From a bacterium (GTDB lineage Bacteria; Patescibacteriota; Minisyncoccia; Phycocordibacterales; UBA2100): a stretch of 64,000 nucleotides of DNA. Below are positions 58,134 to 64,000 of this stretch, one piece after another. The position numbers and the translations under genes are program-made. Below the pieces are notes generated by a model. The model was not told the origin of the DNA and did no database searches. It saw only the letters and a program-made list of their open reading frames with translations. The stretch spans positions 258,785 to 322,784 of the forward strand of contig JAYPJF010000002.1 in NCBI GenBank assembly GCA_038128225.1, in the 5' to 3' direction. Numbering within the stretch: the first letter of the stretch is position 1; each line of letters starts with the position of its first letter.

Positions 58134-58853
58134 TTAGTTGGAAGCGGTCTCCGCGTCCAAAGCACGAATCTCAGCGTGAACAAGTTCCTCGTCGAGATCG
58201 CTGAGACTCTCGACGATGACGACGACCGCTTCGTGCTTATACGGGACGAACACGTTCCTGAAGAGGAACTCAGCCCAGTCGGGGCGGACCCGGATGCACC
58301 CATGGCTTGCCCAGCCGTACTTCACATTCCCGGCGTGGAGGGCGTAGCCGTCATGGAGCCGATTTCCGTCGGCACCATGATCGATGAACGCCGAGAATGG
58401 CATCGAAGCATCGTACTTCCCCGATACATAATTCTCGTCGACCATCGCTATCTTGTACGACCCCGTTGGAGTCGCGAAGCCGCGGCGCCCAGAAGAAATG
58501 GGAGCCACCACCGACACCACTTCTCCAGTCGTACTCTGCGCCTTCATACGCTCGCCACTTGGATGGTATGCGGCAAGCGTCTGCTGCTCGAGGTCGACCA
58601 CGACCACCGGAACTCCGAGAGGAGGGAGTTCCTCGGGCATACCGAGTAGGGTCGGTCGCCGAGTACGCGGGTCAGGATCAGAGGCGGGTCGCCGAATGCG
58701 CTCAGCAGTCGGGGCACGCAAAGTAGTATGAGCCTTCTTCTTCGACTTCACCATCTCTTCGTATCGGCGTTCGCCGAAAGTCGACTCGGCTCGCGCCGAG
58801 TCATTCACGGTGAAGAATACCGCGAAACACGCCAGCATCATCAATATTCTCAT
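58134..58853 (-). CDS. L,D-transpeptidase (YkuD family)
   Basis: Signal peptide; ISSG....TPTG, MPF, ALHAG.....ASHGCIRV. Confidence 0.88.
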   Translation of the reverse strand: MRILMMLACFAVFFTVNDSARAESTFGERRYEEMVKSKKKAHTTLRAPTAERIRRPASDPDPRTRRPTLLGMPEELPPLGVPVVVVDLEQQTLAAYHPSGERMKAQSTTGEVVSVVAPISSGRRGFATPTGSYKIAMVDENYVSGKYDASMPFSAFIDHGADGNRLHDGYALHAGNVKYGWASHGCIRVRPDWAEFLFRNVFVPYKHEAVVVIVESLSDLDEELVHAEIRALDAETASN

Positions 58854-58981
58854 GCTGATTCCTTTCGATTTTTTGCTGCCTGTCGTTTTATCCGTTAAAA
58901 TTATGACACGCCAGTATAAAAAAATCAAGCAACAAAAAGGGCCCAGGATGACCTGGGCCCGAAATTCGCCTAGCAAGGCGT

Positions 58982-59968
58982 TTACTTCTTCTTTTTCTGC
59001 CCACCCCCGCTGCTCATACCCTTGGCGGGCTGAGCAGCAAGACGATTGGCGCGATTCTCCTCCCTCCTCTTCTTGATTTTCGCGCGCTTGAGGGCAGCAT
59101 CATGCGACTGCACGCGCACCTGTTCGGCAGGAACTCCCACGTCACGAGTATGCGCGACATTGATGCGCATCGCGTGTTCCGAAGAAATTCTCCGCAGCAC
59201 AGAAACCGCATGCTCTTGCACTGCCTTGCGCAACCCAACATCCCACGCGAACTCCTCGAGGATTTCGAAAGCCTTCGCAAAGACGTACTTGTTCCGCCCG
59301 GCAACTGCGAGCATGCTGACAAGCTGGTGAAGTGCGAAGTCTTCACGCTTCACCCTCTGATCTCCGTCGCACTCTTTGGCTGCCGCTAGCATGGTGAGTA
59401 CTTCCGCGATGCGAACATCTGCCTGCTCTTCATGGGAGAGCGCATCAGTGACGAGCGTCCCTCCCTCCCGAGCAATGCGCACAACTCGCCCGTCGACATA
59501 CATGATGTCAGCGTACTGCCCATCTCTCTCAAACGAGAGGAGCCACTCACCCTGGCTCTCCATACGTACATCTGCATCACCCGCCACCACCGTCTGGAGG
59601 CGCTCTTTTGGAACATACCGCGCCGGTGCGTGGGTGATGACGTGCAAGAGAAGCGACGTCTCAGAAGATGGGTACACGAGCAGCAACATCCGGCCGCCGC
59701 TTTGCGTCATGCGCTCCTCAAGCGCGACTCGCTTGGCAATGCCGATAGTGCTGCCCTCTTTTACATACTCACACCCTCGTTCAACTCCGTGCTCGACGCG
59801 GCTATCCCGAAGGACGAACCGCTCGCCCACAAAGAGCGCCGGCCGATTCCGGGTGAGCGGATGCTCGAGCGTCAAAGCGACCCCTTCGAAGAGCTTGCTG
59901 TCCCACCCTATGCTGTACCCCAGTGCCCTTTTGCTGAGCGTACCAGCACTAAGAAGAGTCTGCCCCAT
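58982..59968 (-). CDS. Hypothetical protein with basic C-terminal tail
   Basis: Long ORF, GGAG RBS, TTGACA-17-TAAAAG promoter near 60014-60042, hairpin at 58939-58960. Confidence 0.65.
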   Translation of the reverse strand: MGQTLLSAGTLSKRALGYSIGWDSKLFEGVALTLEHPLTRNRPALFVGERFVLRDSRVEHGVERGCEYVKEGSTIGIAKRVALEERMTQSGGRMLLLVYPSSETSLLLHVITHAPARYVPKERLQTVVAGDADVRMESQGEWLLSFERDGQYADIMYVDGRVVRIAREGGTLVTDALSHEEQADVRIAEVLTMLAAAKECDGDQRVKREDFALHQLVSMLAVAGRNKYVFAKAFEILEEFAWDVGLRKAVQEHAVSVLRRISSEHAMRINVAHTRDVGVPAEQVRVQSHDAALKRAKIKKRREENRANRLAAQPAKGMSSGGGQKKKK

Positions 59969-60083
59969 TTTCAATACTCCATTTTTCAACCCGCCCATGC
60001 GGGCACCGCCAAGCTTTTACTATATTTAATAGCATCTGTCAAGACCTTACGTGTATTAGGGTTTTGTTTGCTATGCTTCTTGT

Positions 60084-62018
60084 ATGCCCAAAAAAGACTT
60101 GCAGGCACACGGTGTCATTGATGTCACGCGCCGTGGCGTCGGGTATCTTCCCCATGAAGATCTGGAGCTTGATATTGAAATCCCGCACGAAGAGCTCAAC
60201 ACTGCCCTTAACGGTGATGAGGTGAGAGTTGCAATCACTTCGCACGGGCGGGGAAAGCGGACACGAGGCACCGTGATCGAAATTATTAAGCGCGCACGAG
60301 AAGCGTACGTAGGAACGCTGAAGCACTCGGCGGCGCGTGGCTTCGAATTTATTTCCTCGGACCCGCGCTTCTACCCCACGCTCCGCATCCCTCCCGAAGA
60401 AGCCGCGCAGGCTACCGAAAAAGACAAAGTCATTGTGCGTATTACGCGTTGGGTTCCGGGCACCGACCCTGTAGGCGCCGTTATTGAAGTAATCGGCACC
60501 GCAGGAGCACACGAGACTGAAATGCGTGCTGCAGTACTTGCGCGCGGCATGAGTATTGAATTTCCAAAAGAAGTCGAGTATGAAGCAGAAGCACTCAACC
60601 GTACACGCGGCATGTCCGCAGAAGAAATCGCGCGTCGTCGTGATTTTCGTGCAGTGACCACGTTTACCATCGATCCTGACGACGCGAAAGATTTTGACGA
60701 CGCGCTTTCCGTGCGAAAAATTTCCGAAGACACGTACGAAATTGGCGTTCATATTGCCGATGTAACCCACTACGTGCGCCCCAATACTGCGCTTGACCGC
60801 GAAGCCCGCACACGCGGTACCTCTATTTATTTGGTGGACAGAACAATTCCCATGCTCCCCGAAGTGCTTTCAAACGACCTCTGTTCTCTGCGCCCGAACG
60901 AAGACAGACTCACTTTTTCTGCAGTGTTTACGGTAGACATGAATGGCCGGATTCTTGAGCGATGGTTTGGCAAATCTATCATTCACTCGAACCGGCGCTT
61001 TACGTATCGCGAAGCGCAGCAGGTACTCGACGGGAACTCACCTGAATATAAAGAAGAGCTTGAGACACTCGCCACAATTGGAAAGAAGCTACGCCGTAAA
61101 CGCGAACAAGAAGGTGCGCTTTCATTTGATACCGACGAAGTGAAATTCGAACTCGATGAACACGGGAAGCCGGTTCGCGCCTATGTGAAAGAACGACTCG
61201 AGACAATGCGTGTCATCGAAGACTGGATGCTCCTCGCAAACCAAGAAGTCGCGCAGTGGGTTTCGAACCACGTCAAAGGCAAAAAACCTGCGGAGCAAGT
61301 GTTCATTTACCGTATCCACGACTCGCCTGACCATGATCGTTTGGAAGAGCTGCGCATTTTTCTTAAAGCAGTTGGCTATGATCTTGGCAAGGAAGGGCGG
61401 CAAATTGAATCACGCGACATCGACACACTTCTACGAACCGTGCGCGGCACTCAGGAAGAGGCGGTAATTCAAATGGCAACACTGCGCTCCATGGCGAAAG
61501 CAGTCTATAGTCACAAAAATATTGGTCATTTCTCACTCAGTTTCAAACACTACACCCATTTTACTTCTCCGATTCGTCGCTACCCCGATATGATGGTGCA
61601 CCGCATTCTTGCATCGCACCTCCACAATGAACCACTCTCCACTGAAGAACTGGCAGCGTACCAGCGCGCGGCACTCGCGGCATCGGAACGAGAAGTTGCC
61701 GCGGTAGAAGCAGAACGTGAATCGATTAAATACAAACAAGTCGAATTCATGACGAGCAAAATCGGCACTCTATTTGAAGGCACGATCACTGGCGTTACCG
61801 AACACGGCCTCTACATCGCCGAGAAAGAAACACGTGCCGAAGGATTCGTGCACGTTTCCTTGCTTCAAGACGATTATTACGATTTCAAAGCGCGCTCCTA
61901 TTCACTCGTTGGCTCGCGCACAAAAAAGGCCTATCGGATGGGTGACCGCGTACAAATCAAACTCCTACGCGCGGATCTTGAATCACGGCAGATCGAATGG
62001 GGCCTAGACTTAGAATAA
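60084..62018 (+). CDS. rnr: Ribonuclease R
   Basis: FTIDPDDAKDFDDA, VHIADV, YTHFTSPIRRYPD, C-terminal S1 domain. Confidence 0.95.
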   Translation: MPKKDLQAHGVIDVTRRGVGYLPHEDLELDIEIPHEELNTALNGDEVRVAITSHGRGKRTRGTVIEIIKRAREAYVGTLKHSAARGFEFISSDPRFYPTLRIPPEEAAQATEKDKVIVRITRWVPGTDPVGAVIEVIGTAGAHETEMRAAVLARGMSIEFPKEVEYEAEALNRTRGMSAEEIARRRDFRAVTTFTIDPDDAKDFDDALSVRKISEDTYEIGVHIADVTHYVRPNTALDREARTRGTSIYLVDRTIPMLPEVLSNDLCSLRPNEDRLTFSAVFTVDMNGRILERWFGKSIIHSNRRFTYREAQQVLDGNSPEYKEELETLATIGKKLRRKREQEGALSFDTDEVKFELDEHGKPVRAYVKERLETMRVIEDWMLLANQEVAQWVSNHVKGKKPAEQVFIYRIHDSPDHDRLEELRIFLKAVGYDLGKEGRQIESRDIDTLLRTVRGTQEEAVIQMATLRSMAKAVYSHKNIGHFSLSFKHYTHFTSPIRRYPDMMVHRILASHLHNEPLSTEELAAYQRAALAASEREVAAVEAERESIKYKQVEFMTSKIGTLFEGTITGVTEHGLYIAEKETRAEGFVHVSLLQDDYYDFKARSYSLVGSRTKKAYRMGDRVQIKLLRADLESRQIEWGLDLE

Positions 62019-64000
62019 CTATTTCGCTACTCGCTCCGCTTCGGCAAGCTTGACTGAAAGGAGGCGCGACACACCATCTTGGCCCATGGTAACCCCATAG
62101 AGTTCCCCCGCTGCAGACATCGTTGCACGATTGTGAGTAATGAGAATGAGTTGGCTGCGTTTTCCTAACTCCATGATCATGTCTGCATAACGCCGTGAGT
62201 TTGCCTCATCAAGCGCAGCATCGGTTTCATCAAGAATCAAAAACGGTGGCGGGTTCACCTGAGACATGGCAAAAATCATTGCGATCGACGTAAGCGCTCG
62301 CTCACCCCCAGACAAGACTTCGAGTCCGCGCACTTTCTTGCGAGGCAGCTGCACCGACACTGCCAAACCAGCAATGGGGGTGCGTTCAGCGGGAATCTCA
62401 AATTCTTCCTCTACTGCAGCAAGCTCCTCCGCAGCATCAGGATCAATCGTTTTCCGTTCCGGTTTTTCAATTACCAATTTTGCACTTCCGCCGCCAAACA
62501 GTCGTGTGAAAAACGCCATCAGTGCTTCATTGATTCGCTCCAAACCCTCGGTGAATTTTTCGTCCATCTTTTGGTCGAGCTCTTTGATGATTTCGCGTAA
62601 ATTCTTTTCTGATTGTGACAAATCACCTAACTCCCGTTCCAAAAACACATCGCGCTCTTGTGTTTGTTTGAATTCCTTCATCACCTCCTCACTGTTTCCT
62701 GCGCCATATTCTTCTATTTTTATCTTAAGACGTTCGATGGCTTTCCGTCGCGTTTCTTGCTCGTGCCGTGGTTCCGTGAGCGCCCCGTGCGGCACTTCTC
62801 CTTTATGCCATTCGTGAATCGCTGCGCCAATAAGCGCGATACCTTCTCGCACTTCCTCTTCAAACGATTGTTTCGCATGAGCAACAAGCTCCAAACTACG
62901 CTCAACGTCACGAAGACGCCCTTCAAGCTCCTTTAACTCCGCTCCCGCGGTAAGACGCGCGCGTTCTACTTCATGCGCGTGTTCTCGCGCCTGATCACGT
63001 TCTCGTTCAAGTTCGCGCACTCGCTCTGTATGCACCAGCTCCTCTTCCTGTAAGCGCGCAAGTTCTTGTGCGTACTCTGCGACATGATGCTCTGCTTTCA
63101 TGCGCTCTTGGTCATGTTCCGCGCCACCTTCAATACCGCGCATAAATTGTTCCGCCTCATCTCTGATGCGCGCTATATGTTCGCGCGCCACACCATGATC
63201 AGGCGCAGAAAGTGCGGTTTCCGCGAAACGCATTATGATTCGTGCAAAACCAGAAGCGCGCTCAGTAGGAACTGAGACCGGCCCCGCAGCTTTCTTCACC
63301 AAATCAAGTGCTCCCTCCGCCCGCCCAAGTGCACGCATCACTTCCTCACGCTTCGCCCGTGTCGTCTCAAGTGCGCGCTCGGCCGCGCGAATCTCTTCCA
63401 AGCGTTCTTTAGGTGCCGCCGATGGCGTCGGCGCTGTGTGTGCGACAACTGATTGATGCGTATGTGTAAGCGCATCCCGTTCATCGGTAAGCCGCGTTTT
63501 TTCTGCAACAATCCACGCGTCTTCGCGTGCCAAATAGTCGGCAAGTTTTGCTGCAAGCTCTTCTTTTAAATCGCGTGCTTTTTCGATACGCTCCACCTGT
63601 TTTCGCAAAAACTTCAGATGCGGGGCAAGTTCTCGGCGCAGTGATTCTACTTTTTCTATATTCTCTTTTGTCTCCTCGAGCTTACGTTCGCTTTCAGCTT
63701 TTTTATGCTGGTACAGCTTAAGCCCAAGCGCATCCTCAACCATCTCGCGCCGCTCTCGGGGCGAAGCATTTAAAATACGATCTGCCTCTCCTTGTGAAAT
63801 GATCTGATATCCTGAACCGCCAATATTTGCTCCGGCAAGAAGCCGAATCACATCTTTAAGCCGGACGGCACTTCCGTTAAGCACGTATTCATTTTGACCA
63901 TCGCGATACACAATGCGTTCGATCGCCACTTCTTCAAAATCAATATCCAGACGGCGTGACGAATTATCAAACACCGCTTTCACCGACGCCCTATTTTGCC
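62019..64000 (-). CDS. smc: Short SMC ATPase (5' end outside window)
   Basis: FDN, R...RDGQNEY.LNG, IISQGE Q-loop, coiled coils, LSGGERALT signature, ILDETDAALDEAN, LITH. Confidence 0.9.
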   Translation of the reverse strand, partial: QNRASVKAVFDNSSRRLDIDFEEVAIERIVYRDGQNEYVLNGSAVRLKDVIRLLAGANIGGSGYQIISQGEADRILNASPRERREMVEDALGLKLYQHKKAESERKLEETKENIEKVESLRRELAPHLKFLRKQVERIEKARDLKEELAAKLADYLAREDAWIVAEKTRLTDERDALTHTHQSVVAHTAPTPSAAPKERLEEIRAAERALETTRAKREEVMRALGRAEGALDLVKKAAGPVSVPTERASGFARIIMRFAETALSAPDHGVAREHIARIRDEAEQFMRGIEGGAEHDQERMKAEHHVAEYAQELARLQEEELVHTERVRELERERDQAREHAHEVERARLTAGAELKELEGRLRDVERSLELVAHAKQSFEEEVREGIALIGAAIHEWHKGEVPHGALTEPRHEQETRRKAIERLKIKIEEYGAGNSEEVMKEFKQTQERDVFLERELGDLSQSEKNLREIIKELDQKMDEKFTEGLERINEALMAFFTRLFGGGSAKLVIEKPERKTIDPDAAEELAAVEEEFEIPAERTPIAGLAVSVQLPRKKVRGLEVLSGGERALTSIAMIFAMSQVNPPPFLILDETDAALDEANSRRYADMIMELGKRSQLILITHNRATMSAAGELYGVTMGQDGVSRLLSVKLAEAERVAK

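Noticed and set aside
1-64000. tRNA, rRNA, tmRNA or SRP genes; alternative genetic code
   Set aside because: No cloverleaf or conserved RNA signatures recognised by eye; TGA terminates conserved genes such as ung, rpoD and trmD at their expected ends.

Overview
64 kb of a small-genome bacterial chromosome, most likely Patescibacteria/CPR (Parcubacteria-like). This is inferred from the compact rpoB (1064 aa), the rpsP-khpA-trmD order without rimM, the short SMC and the many orphan genes; TGA is used as a stop. Housekeeping genes: rpoB, rpoC, dnaG, rpoD, hisS, ung, uppP, dsbA, trmD, khpA, rpsP, rnr, smc. Accessory modules, in order: a GT4/sulfotransferase/HAD cluster; a mannoside phosphorolysis operon (PMM, PMI cupin, three GH130 domains, nucleotidyltransferase); an orphan Mu-Gam-like gene; an OmpR-family two-component system followed by an exopolysaccharide locus (UDP-HexNAc dehydrogenase, hyaluronan-synthase-like GT2, deacetylase, lectin-like protein); a MotA/ExbB-like three-gene module; a cluster of four secreted proteins with a TrmB regulator; and a DabAB (DUF2309 + NuoL-like) inorganic carbon pump. 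The best candidate for an undescribed system is the secreted-protein cluster (25.5-32.9 kb). Three of its four proteins share an N-x-V-x3-[AS]-x-[TS]GGN ... IxTGDA repeat, and the layout resembles a curli/Fap-type fibre operon (major subunit, minor subunit, peptidoglycan-binding anchor). No tRNA, rRNA, CRISPR array or transposase was recognised. All assignments come from reading motifs by eye; no searches were run.
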